Below, in pieces: positions 38,345 through 46,207 of a stretch of 64,000 bases of DNA. Within the stretch, counting starts at the first letter, position 1. Each line of letters opens with the position of its first letter. Under the pieces are notes generated by a model, which worked only from the letters and a program-made list of their open reading frames with translations, had not been told where the DNA came from and did not search any database. The DNA comes from Candidatus Omnitrophota bacterium (lineage in GTDB: Bacteria > Omnitrophota > Gorgyraeia > Duberdicusellales > 4484-171). Position numbers and translations under genes: made by a program. The DNA is taken from NCBI GenBank assembly GCA_021735045.1, contig JAIPHU010000005.1:647-64646 (forward strand), given 5' to 3'.

Positions 38345-39769
38345 TTAATTAAATAAAAACCTACCCTTAATTAGGTATTTTCGTTTTGTGAACAAGACTA
38401 TCGCGGTAAATAACAATAAATAATAGATGAAAATACCTAGAATTGAAAAAGAATAGGAAAGATAAGAGTAAGGAAGAGATCCAAAAACCTTGGCAAGGCT
38501 TTGAAAAATATAGACGAGCCAAGATAAAACAGCTCCTAAGCTTTGAGCCAAAAAAGCTAAAGGAGATAAGATTAACAATAATAAGTTCAAAAACAGAATA
38601 AAAGTAAATATCGGAATTAAGATCAAATTAAAAAAGATGCTTAATAAATAAATTTTTCCAAAATAAAAGGATACAACCGGTAAAGTAAATAAAATTACAA
38701 ACAAGGAACAAAGAAAAATTTGTTTTAGGTAGTTAATTAAAAGATTACCTTGTTGTTTATAAGGAAAAATCTTAAATCCCAACACAATTCCAAAAACGGC
38801 TAAAAAAGAAAGTTGAAATCCGATATCATAGATAATCGCCGGTGAAAATAATAACAAGATTATACCGGCCAGCCCTAATGAATTTAATACCTCAACTCTT
38901 CTTTTGATAAAAAATCCAAAAACAAAAACAAGATACATAAGCACTGCTCTTTGAGTTGAAGGCCTAAAGCCAGTAGCAGCAACATAGAAAATAAGAAAAA
39001 TTGATAAAATAAAAAGTATCGGGCCAAGGCTTATCGGAAAACACCTTAAAAAATAAAACAAGATCAAAGAGAGAAGCCCCACATGAAGGCCGCTTATTGC
39101 TAAAAGATGAGCCAGGCCAGCATTTTGGATAAATTTCTTTTCTGGCCCAATTAGTTCTTTTCTGCCTAGAAATATTGCGGCAAGAAAATTTTTTGCTCTA
39201 AAACTACAGTTCTGCCTAAAAACATCTAAGCAATAGTCATTGGTCTCCTTAACTGCTTTTTCCCAAAAAGATAAAGGTATTTTTTCTAACGAAGTTTTCT
39301 TTTTAACCCAAAGATAATAAAACTCTTTACCATGATAGGTGCGTCTGGATAACTTTGCTTCAAATCTATATTTATTCAGATACTCCATTTTTTTAGAGTA
39401 ATCAATAACTTTTGCCTGAAAATCTTGCCGGTGCCCGCCAACTTTGATAACTTTTGCTAAAAAAGTATTTTTATTATTCTTTTCTTTAGGCAAAGAAACT
39501 ACCTTCACTATGACATTTTGTCTTTTTTTAAAACATATGTCTTTATGGCTAAAGTCGGAAACGATAAACAATAATGCGCCCAGGCAGATAATCAAAAAAG
39601 AAATAGCTAACTCTGAAGATAAAACTTTATTTTTTTTAGATAAAAAATAGGCTAGAAACCCAGATAAAATGAAAAGAAAACTAAACAAAAGATATAAAGA
39701 AAACAAACTGCCTAAAATAATACCAATTAAAAGAAATAGAAAAATAAAAAAGTTAAATACCTTTGCCAA
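38345..39769 (-). CDS. comEC: ComEC/Rec2 competence membrane channel (no metallo-beta-lactamase domain)
   Basis: 474 aa. Conserved competence-domain motif AHLLAISGLHVG, multiple TM helices, DUF4131-like N-terminus. Confidence 0.8.
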   Translation of the reverse strand: MAKVFNFFIFLFLLIGIILGSLFSLYLLFSFLFILSGFLAYFLSKKNKVLSSELAISFLIICLGALLFIVSDFSHKDICFKKRQNVIVKVVSLPKEKNNKNTFLAKVIKVGGHRQDFQAKVIDYSKKMEYLNKYRFEAKLSRRTYHGKEFYYLWVKKKTSLEKIPLSFWEKAVKETNDYCLDVFRQNCSFRAKNFLAAIFLGRKELIGPEKKFIQNAGLAHLLAISGLHVGLLSLILFYFLRCFPISLGPILFILSIFLIFYVAATGFRPSTQRAVLMYLVFVFGFFIKRRVEVLNSLGLAGIILLLFSPAIIYDIGFQLSFLAVFGIVLGFKIFPYKQQGNLLINYLKQIFLCSLFVILFTLPVVSFYFGKIYLLSIFFNLILIPIFTFILFLNLLLLILSPLAFLAQSLGAVLSWLVYIFQSLAKVFGSLPYSYLSYSFSILGIFIYYLLLFTAIVLFTKRKYLIKGRFLFN

Positions 39770-39789
39770 TTGCTTATAGTACCTCTTAG

Positions 39790-40119
39790 CTAAAACTTTA
39801 TATAATCTTTGATCAGTTTTGCCTTCTTTTTACCAATACCTTTTACTTTCTCTAAATCTTTAATTTTTTTAAAGGGCGGGTTATTTTTTCTATATTCTAC
39901 TACCCGTTGTGAAAGGACCGGGCCTAGGCCAGGAATTTTCTCAAGATCAAAGGCAGAAGCTTGGTTTATATTTATAGATTGAACCTGTTTGCTGGCTGAC
40001 TGATAAGAAACTGCGGTATCCTCTACTTCTAAATTAAAAAAACGGATCAATGTCCCCAAAAAAATAATAAAAGCTATGACAATCAGTACTTTCTTTTCTG
40101 GTGGGCTCAAGGAAAACAT
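39790..40119 (-). CDS. comEA: ComEA, helix-hairpin-helix DNA receptor
   Basis: 109 aa. N-terminal TM, then a tandem HhH (ININQASAFDLEKIPGLGPVLSQRVVEYR...LEKVKGIGKKKAKLI). Confidence 0.85.
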   Translation of the reverse strand: MFSLSPPEKKVLIVIAFIIFLGTLIRFFNLEVEDTAVSYQSASKQVQSININQASAFDLEKIPGLGPVLSQRVVEYRKNNPPFKKIKDLEKVKGIGKKKAKLIKDYIKF

Positions 40120-40125
40120 TTAATT

Positions 40126-42588
40126 TTAAACTACAATATTAATAATTTTTCCTTTGATATAAATAATCTTTTTCGGTGGTTTACCAGCTATAATCTTTTT
40201 TATTTTATCTAGCCTTTGAGCTTTTTGAAAAACTTCTTCTTTACTCAGGCTAAAATCAATAACTATTTTTCCTCTTACTTTTCCGTTTACTAAAATTGCA
40301 ATCTCCCCTTTTTCTTTTTTTAAGAATTTTGGATTCACTTTCGGCCAGCTGCGATCAAAGATAGTCCCTTGATTACCTAAAAGGCTATTTACCTCTTCAC
40401 TAATATGGGGGGTAAAGGGTGAAAGCAGTAAAAAAACAATATCTACTGCTTGCGCAAATAATTCTTTTTTTATTCCTGCCTGAATCGATTTATAGGCCTG
40501 GTTTACTAACTCCATGATTCTACTAATTGCTGTATTAAATTGAAAATTACCTTCTAGGTCTTGAGTAACTTCATAAATAGTAGAGTGGATTTTTTGCATG
40601 AGGATCTTTTCTTGTTTTGAATCAATTTCCTCTTCTTTAAAATTATTTAAATTATCCACCAGGCGTAAAGCTCTTTGCAAAAACCGCCAACTTCCCTGCA
40701 AGGCTTCGTCTTGCCAGATAGCTTCTTTTTGCGGTGGCCCCATAAATAAAATATATAAACGCATTGTATCGGCACCATATTTATCAATTATATAATCAGG
40801 AGCAACTACATTACCTTTTGATTTAGACATCTTTGCTCCATCTTTTACAATCATGCCTTGGGTAAATAACTTAATAAACGGCTCATCAAAGTTTATTTTG
40901 CCTTGATCAGCTAAAAACTTGGTTATAAAACGTGAATACATCAGATGTAAAATCGCATGTTCAACTCCGCCAATATATTGGTCTACAGGCAACCAGTTGT
41001 CCACATCTTCCCTAACAAAAGGCAACTGCTTATTACCGGGTGAAATATAGCGAAGATAGTACCAGCTTGAATCAACAAAAGTATCCATAGTATCTGTTTC
41101 TCTTTTTGCCTCGCCCCCGCAGCGCGGACAGTTAGTTTGGATAAATTTTTTATCTTCTGCTAAAGGAGATTTTCCAGTCGGCAAGAACTTCTCTACCTCA
41201 GGAAGCAAAACAGGTAAATCTTTTTCATCCAACGGGACCTCTCCGCAATCTTTACAATATACAATCGGGATTGGCGCCCCCCAATATCTTTGTCGAGATA
41301 CCAACCAATCTTTAAGGCGAAAATTGGTTTTTCTGGATCCAATATTTTCCTGTTCCATAAAGTCAGCTATTTTTTCTTTGGCAGCTTCAGAGCCTAATCC
41401 ATTAAAATCGCCAGAATTAATCAAACCCCCTTCTCCTTCATAAACCTCTTCTTCATTTTCTTCTCCCGACGCTTCGGTCGGGACTCCCTTTGGTCGTGGG
41501 CCTTGGATAACTTTTCTAATCGGTAGTTGATATTTTTTTGCGAATTCACAATCTCTTTTATCGTGAGCTGGAACACACATTATTGCACCTGTTCCGTATC
41601 CGGAAAGTATATAGTTAGCAATCCAAATCGGTATTTTTTTACCAGTCATCGGATTAATAGCAAACTTACGAGTAAAAATACCCTTTTTTTCAAAGTCCTG
41701 ACTGTAAGCTAGAGAGGCTTCTTCTTTTTTGATCTGACTTACAAAATTTAATACTTCTTCCTTGTTCGGTAAATCTTCAATTAACTTTATTACCGCAGGA
41801 TGATTGTAGTTTAGGGCTAGAAAAGAAGCGCCAAAAATTGTATCTACTCTGGTTGTAAAGCAATCAAGGTGTTCATCTAGGCCTTCTACTGGAAATTTTA
41901 TAGTTACTCCAACTGATTTTCCGATCCAATTCTTCTGCATACGCTTAACTCTTTGCGGCCATTCTTTTAGTTTATCTAGATCATCTAAGAGGCGCTGGGC
42001 ATAGTCTGTTATCTTAAAAAACCATTGTTTAAGATTTCTTTGAATAACTTCATTGGAACACCTCTCACATTTTCCTTCGATTACTTGTTCATTAGCTAAA
42101 ACTGTTTTACAAGACTCACACCAATTAACCGGAGCCTCCCTTCTGTAGGCTAGGCCTTTTTTGTAAAGCTGTAAAAATAACCACTGGGTCCATTGGTAAT
42201 AGTTTGGAAAACAAGTAGCAATTTCTTTATCCCAATCATAACTTATCCCCCAACTCTTTAACTGCTCAGTTATTCTTTTTATATTTTTTAAAGTCCAGTT
42301 ACGGGGATGAATGTTATGTTTAATCGCCTGGTTTTCAGCCGGAAGGCCAAAAGCATCCCAACCCATAGGATTTAAAACATTAAATCCATGCATTCTTTTG
42401 TATCTAGCAACAGCATCTCCAATTATATAGTTACGGCCATGGCCAACATGAAGTTCGCTGGAAGGATAAGGAAACATCACCAAGCAATAATATTTAGGCT
42501 TTTTAAAATCTTTAATCTCTACCTTAAAAGTATTATTTTCTTGCCAAAATTTTTGCCACTTTTTATCAATTTTCTTTGTGTATTCCAT
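40126..42588 (-). CDS. leuS: leucyl-tRNA synthetase
   Basis: 820 aa. HIGH-type motif (HVGHGRNY), KMSKS (KMSKSKGN), and editing/CP1 domain length. Confidence 0.95.
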   Translation of the reverse strand: MEYTKKIDKKWQKFWQENNTFKVEIKDFKKPKYYCLVMFPYPSSELHVGHGRNYIIGDAVARYKRMHGFNVLNPMGWDAFGLPAENQAIKHNIHPRNWTLKNIKRITEQLKSWGISYDWDKEIATCFPNYYQWTQWLFLQLYKKGLAYRREAPVNWCESCKTVLANEQVIEGKCERCSNEVIQRNLKQWFFKITDYAQRLLDDLDKLKEWPQRVKRMQKNWIGKSVGVTIKFPVEGLDEHLDCFTTRVDTIFGASFLALNYNHPAVIKLIEDLPNKEEVLNFVSQIKKEEASLAYSQDFEKKGIFTRKFAINPMTGKKIPIWIANYILSGYGTGAIMCVPAHDKRDCEFAKKYQLPIRKVIQGPRPKGVPTEASGEENEEEVYEGEGGLINSGDFNGLGSEAAKEKIADFMEQENIGSRKTNFRLKDWLVSRQRYWGAPIPIVYCKDCGEVPLDEKDLPVLLPEVEKFLPTGKSPLAEDKKFIQTNCPRCGGEAKRETDTMDTFVDSSWYYLRYISPGNKQLPFVREDVDNWLPVDQYIGGVEHAILHLMYSRFITKFLADQGKINFDEPFIKLFTQGMIVKDGAKMSKSKGNVVAPDYIIDKYGADTMRLYILFMGPPQKEAIWQDEALQGSWRFLQRALRLVDNLNNFKEEEIDSKQEKILMQKIHSTIYEVTQDLEGNFQFNTAISRIMELVNQAYKSIQAGIKKELFAQAVDIVFLLLSPFTPHISEEVNSLLGNQGTIFDRSWPKVNPKFLKKEKGEIAILVNGKVRGKIVIDFSLSKEEVFQKAQRLDKIKKIIAGKPPKKIIYIKGKIINIVV

Positions 42589-43432
42589 TATTTGAAAGCC
42601 TCCGAACCATTTTTAAATTTTTTAAATCATCATCTAGTTTTTCCTTGGGAGTTTCCAAGATAAAAGTTAAATTTTTTAATTTAGAATGATTTAAAATAAG
42701 ACGAAATCCATCCTTACCAATATTTCCCCCTCCAATATGAAAATGACGATCTAGCTGTGAGCCTAATTCAACTTGAGTATCATTAAGATGGATTACCTTT
42801 AACTTATCTATTCCAACTTCTCGATCAATCTCTGAAATAAGCTCCTGAAGATTCTTTTTTTCATTTATCTGATAGCCAGCCGCCCAAGCATGAGCTGTAT
42901 CAAGGCAAACTCCTAAACGATTCTGCATTTTTATTTTATCAAAAATAAATTTAAAATGAGAAAATTTATACCCTAACCAGCTCCCACTCCCAGCAGTATT
43001 TTCAATAAGAACTTTAGTTTTTACGCCTTTTGTTTTTCCTAAAATCAGGTTTAAGGCTTTAACTATTTTTAAAAGGCCAAGCTTTTCGGTACCCTTTTTA
43101 TGAGAACCCATATGAGTCACTAAGTAATCTATGCCTAACTTATCAGCCTCTATTAAATCTTTAGTAAACTCTCTTATGGTTATCTGATGAAAACTTTCTT
43201 TGACAGAAGCAAGATTAAGAAGATAAGGTGCATGAACAATAACCGGATCTATCTTTGATTTTTTTCTTTTTTCTCTAAATATCTCAATATCTTCTGGGCT
43301 TAAAGACTTTCTTCTCCATTGCCGAGGGCTGCGAGCAAATATTTGCATAGTATTGCAACCAAGCTTTTCGGCTCTTTCAATTGATCTATAAATCTTGCCA
43401 GCAATTGATACATGAACACCTAATTTTAGCAA
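42566..43432 (-). CDS. nfo: endonuclease IV (apurinic/apyrimidinic endonuclease)
   Basis: 288 aa. TIM-barrel xylose-isomerase-like fold with conserved Nfo His/Asp/Glu metal ligands (..HAPYLLNLAS.., ..HLNDT..). Confidence 0.88.
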   Translation of the reverse strand: MLKLGVHVSIAGKIYRSIERAEKLGCNTMQIFARSPRQWRRKSLSPEDIEIFREKRKKSKIDPVIVHAPYLLNLASVKESFHQITIREFTKDLIEADKLGIDYLVTHMGSHKKGTEKLGLLKIVKALNLILGKTKGVKTKVLIENTAGSGSWLGYKFSHFKFIFDKIKMQNRLGVCLDTAHAWAAGYQINEKKNLQELISEIDREVGIDKLKVIHLNDTQVELGSQLDRHFHIGGGNIGKDGFRLILNHSKLKNLTFILETPKEKLDDDLKNLKMVRRLSNNGIHKEN

Positions 43433-43475
43433 TTAAAATCCTTAATTTTATGATTTTTTAAATTATTTTTAATTA

Positions 43476-43548
43476 TGGAGCCGGGGGGATTTGAACCCCC
43501 GACCTCAACACTGCCAGTGTTGCGTGCTCCCAACTGCACCACGGCCCC
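43476..43548 (-). tRNA. tRNA-Ala (anticodon GGC)
   Basis: Folded by hand from the reverse complement: GGGGCCG acceptor with the G3:U70 Ala identity pair, D-stem GTGC/GCAC, anticodon loop CTGGCAG (GGC), T-arm GGGGG-TTCAAAT-CCCCC, discriminator A. No encoded CCA. Confidence 0.85.
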
Positions 43549-43703
43549 GTTGAAAATGCAATTATATAGCGAATACCTTAATTTTCAACGGCACTAAGCC
43601 AAATTCCTTGGCGAAGTGCCTTAGTAACCTAAATAAGATACTTCGTCATTTCATTCCTCAGTATCAATTCGATTAGAACTTTTTCTTCGAAAAAGCTAAA
43701 TCT
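43549..43703 (-). ncRNA. conserved structured leader module immediately 5' of tRNA-Ala (copy 1 of 2)
   Basis: About 155 nt running from a sigma70-like outer promoter to the mature tRNA 5' end. It has four hairpins, written here on the plus strand: cttttcc-ttc-gaaaaag (43679-43695); gatact...agtatc (43637-43665); ggcact[gccaa..ttggc]agtgcc (43590-43620); gttgaaaat...attttcaac (43549-43589). It aligns with 52389-52540, where the stems carry compensatory changes. Confidence 0.45.
43561..43588 (-). promoter_or_regulatory. inner promoter-like element (P2) TTGAAA-N16-TATAAT, ~6-10 nt upstream of tRNA-Ala
   Basis: On the minus strand, TTGAAA (complement of 43583-43588), 16 nt, TATAAT (complement of 43561-43566). 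The -35 region and the +1 region form the inverted repeat I otherwise call hairpin 1 of the leader module. Confidence 0.45.
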
Positions 43704-43709
43704 CATTGA

Positions 43710-43738
43710 ATATTATCATCTCCCTAAGAAATTGTCAA
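43710..43738 (-). promoter_or_regulatory. sigma70-like outer promoter (P1) of the tRNA-Ala leader: TTGACA-N17-TAATAT
   Basis: On the minus strand, TTGACA (complement of 43733-43738), a 17-nt spacer, then TAATAT (complement of 43710-43715). Its -35 lies inside the palindrome TTGTCAATTGACAA shared with the divergent tRNA-Leu promoter. Confidence 0.45.
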
Positions 43739-43767
43739 TTGACAAAGATAAATAGCATTGTTATATT
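43739..43767 (+). promoter_or_regulatory. sigma70-like promoter of tRNA-Leu: TTGACA-N17-TATATT
   Basis: TTGACA 43739-43744, 17-nt spacer, TATATT 43762-43767. This places the TSS ~35 nt upstream of the mature tRNA-Leu 5' end. Confidence 0.5.
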
Positions 43768-43808
43768 AATAATTCACGACAAACTAATCATTAACTATAA
43801 GTTAACTC

Positions 43809-43894
43809 GCCGGAGTGGCGGAATGGCAGACGCGCGGGATTCAAAATCCCGTCTTCGCAAGAAGGTAAGGGTTCAAGTCCCTTCTCCGGCACCA
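43809..43894 (+). tRNA. tRNA-Leu (anticodon CAA), class II with long variable arm; CCA encoded
   Basis: Acceptor GCCGGAG/CTCCGGC, anticodon stem CGGGA/TCCCG with loop TTCAAAA (CAA), variable-arm hairpin CTTC-GCAA-GAAG, 3' ACCA. Served by the TTGACA-N17-TATATT promoter at 43739-43767. Confidence 0.85.
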
Positions 43895-43942
43895 ATTTAA
43901 GCTCTTCTTTTTTAACTTATAAATTCTGTTATAATAAATGCT

Positions 43943-45880
43943 ATGGATCAATTTCAGTTAGACCCCTTCCAAAAAAAATCTATTCAGCTTACCAAGGACC
44001 AAAATTCGGTAATAGTCAGCGCTCCGACCGGATCAGGTAAAACCCTAATCGCCGAAAGGCTTATTGAAGACTGTATCAAAAAAGAGGAAGGCATAATCTA
44101 TACTGCACCAATAAAAGCCTTAAGTAACCAGAAATTTCGTGATTTTGGCAAAAAATACCCGAATAAAGTGGGAATAGTTACCGGTGATGTCAGTATAAAC
44201 AGAGATGCTCCCATTTTGATCATGACTACCGAAATTTTTAGAAATGCGATAATGGTCAACCCGCAAGAATTTAAAAGAATCAACTGGGTAATCTTTGACG
44301 AAATACATTACCTTGATGATATCGAACGCGGCACTGTCTGGGAAGAAGCAATAATATTACTTCCGCCGAATATGAAAATGTTAGCCCTCAGTGCAACTAT
44401 TCCTAATTCTAGGGAGTTTTCTGGCTGGCTTAAAAAGGTTCATCGGCATCCAATAAAAGTAATAATCGAAAATAAAAGGCCGGTACCCCTCCATTTTTTC
44501 TTTCAATGTAATAATGGAATTTTTACAACCTTTAAGAAATTAAAACAGGTGCCTTCTTTTTCTCCAAGAATCAAACATCGCTCCTACAAGGAAGAATATA
44601 GGTCAAGCCGGCCCAATCGGATAAAAACCCTGATCAAATATATTCGTAAAAATAAAGCTTACCCTTGCATCTATTTTTCTTTCTCGCGCCGCCGCTGCGA
44701 AGAGCTCGCCTACGAACTTAGCAGTTTGAGCCTTATCTCTGAAACAGAAAAAGCTAAAGTAGATGAGTTGTTTGACCAACTAATAGAAAAATATGATACT
44801 GCTTCTTCACCTCATATAAACCATTTGAGGCCTATACTAAAAAAAGGGATTGCCTACCATCATGCCGGATTACTGCCTACTATAAAAGAAGTTATAGAAC
44901 AACTATTTACAACCGGCCTGATAAAACTTATCTTTACCACAGAAACTTTCGCTCTTGGCATCAATATGCCAGTAAAAAGTGTTGTTTTTGATTCACTAAG
45001 TAAATTTTACGGCAGATACCACCACTACCTAAAAACTCGAGACTTTTATCAGATGGCCGGCCGAGCCGGAAGAAGAGGAATAGATAAAGAAGGCTTTGTC
45101 TACAGCCGGGTTAACCCCTCTCATATTGATCAAATATCTTTAGAAAATATAATCTACGGTGGCTACGAGCCAATCAAAAGCCAGCTAAACTCATGCTATG
45201 CAACAATCCTTAACCTTTGGGCTCATATGGCTGAAAATATCTATCAAATATATCCCAAATCTTTTCATTTCTACCAAAGCAAACCCTGGCCGCAAAAAAA
45301 GATGCTTGAGAATATAAAAAATAAAGTCCTTCTTTTACAAAAACTTGATTATATCGTAGGAAAAGAACTAAGCCCTAAGGCTCAGCTGGCATCAGGAATT
45401 TATAGTTTTGAACTAGCAATAGGAGAACTTTTCCAAGAAAACTATCTAGACAAACTAAGCCCTAAAGAACTATTTGTGCTAATCGTAGCCTTAGTACATG
45501 AACCACGTAAAGGGCAAAGGCGTCCTAAACTGGACAAAAAAACCAAAAAAATAAAAAGGGAAACAAATAAAATAATTAGAAAAATTCAAAGGATGGAAAG
45601 AAGGTATAGGATATATCCTCCCAGTAAAAAGCTTTTTTTTCATTTAACCGAGCCAGCACAGCTCTGGTTCCAAGGAGCTCAATTTCATAAATTAATTAAA
45701 AACTCAAGAATAGACGAGGGCACTATCGTCCGGTATTTTAGAATGGCCCTTCAGGTATTAAGACAACTGCGCAAGGCAGGCCAAATTAACCAAAAATTAA
45801 AAGATAATATCAGCTACTGTATCCAAAAAACAAAAAGAGATGTCATCGATGCCGAGAACCAGCTTCGGCAGGAAATATAA
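43943..45880 (+). CDS. superfamily-2 DEAD/DEAH-box helicase (Ski2/HelY-like core)
   Basis: 645 aa. Walker A SAPTGSGKT, DEIH box (FDEIHYLDD), motif III SAT, and motif VI (QMAGRAGRRG). Confidence 0.8.
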   Translation: MDQFQLDPFQKKSIQLTKDQNSVIVSAPTGSGKTLIAERLIEDCIKKEEGIIYTAPIKALSNQKFRDFGKKYPNKVGIVTGDVSINRDAPILIMTTEIFRNAIMVNPQEFKRINWVIFDEIHYLDDIERGTVWEEAIILLPPNMKMLALSATIPNSREFSGWLKKVHRHPIKVIIENKRPVPLHFFFQCNNGIFTTFKKLKQVPSFSPRIKHRSYKEEYRSSRPNRIKTLIKYIRKNKAYPCIYFSFSRRRCEELAYELSSLSLISETEKAKVDELFDQLIEKYDTASSPHINHLRPILKKGIAYHHAGLLPTIKEVIEQLFTTGLIKLIFTTETFALGINMPVKSVVFDSLSKFYGRYHHYLKTRDFYQMAGRAGRRGIDKEGFVYSRVNPSHIDQISLENIIYGGYEPIKSQLNSCYATILNLWAHMAENIYQIYPKSFHFYQSKPWPQKKMLENIKNKVLLLQKLDYIVGKELSPKAQLASGIYSFELAIGELFQENYLDKLSPKELFVLIVALVHEPRKGQRRPKLDKKTKKIKRETNKIIRKIQRMERRYRIYPPSKKLFFHLTEPAQLWFQGAQFHKLIKNSRIDEGTIVRYFRMALQVLRQLRKAGQINQKLKDNISYCIQKTKRDVIDAENQLRQEI

Positions 45881-45906
45881 AAATATATAAAATTATCATA
45901 TAAAAC

Positions 45907-45934
45907 TTGACAATATCAAATATATTAGTATATT
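45907..45934 (+). promoter_or_regulatory. rpmB promoter TTGACA-N16-TATATT
   Basis: TTGACA 45907-45912, 16 nt, TATATT 45929-45934. SD GGAGG before the ATG at 45959. Confidence 0.45.
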
Positions 45935-45958
45935 AGTCCTTGCTAAACGGAGGAAAAA

Positions 45959-46207
45959 ATGAGCAGAAAATGTTTCGTATGTGGAAAAAAATCTATATCT
46001 GGAAACTCTATATCCCGCAAAGGTAAGGCAAAAAAACAAGGCGGGGTAGGTAAAAAAACGACCGGAATTAATAAAAGAAAGTTCCATCCCAATCTTCAGC
46101 CAAAAAAGATAATCCATGCAGGCAAGATTAAGAAAGTCTTGGTTTGTACAAAATGTCTAAAAAAAGGAAAGGTTGAAGTAGCCTCAAGCAAGCCTGCAGT
46201 CTCTTAA
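45959..46207 (+). CDS. rpmB: 50S ribosomal protein L28 (Cys4 zinc-ribbon form)
   Basis: 82 aa, basic. MSRKCFVCGKK...CTKCLKKG carries four Cys. Matches L28 in length and N-terminus. Promoter TTGACA-N16-TATATT and SD GGAGG upstream. Confidence 0.78.
   Translation: MSRKCFVCGKKSISGNSISRKGKAKKQGGVGKKTTGINKRKFHPNLQPKKIIHAGKIKKVLVCTKCLKKGKVEVASSKPAVS

Noticed and set aside
43549-43589. Hairpin 1 of the leader module (gttgaaaat...attttcaac) as evidence for RNA structure on its own
   Set aside because: Its two arms coincide with a -35 (TTGAAA) and the +1 region of an inner promoter. That conservation may be promoter-driven, so I rely on the compensatory changes in the other hairpins instead.
43706-43900. 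64-aa ORF overlapping tRNA-Leu
   Set aside because: It spans the tRNA-Leu gene and its promoter. The translation is arbitrary.
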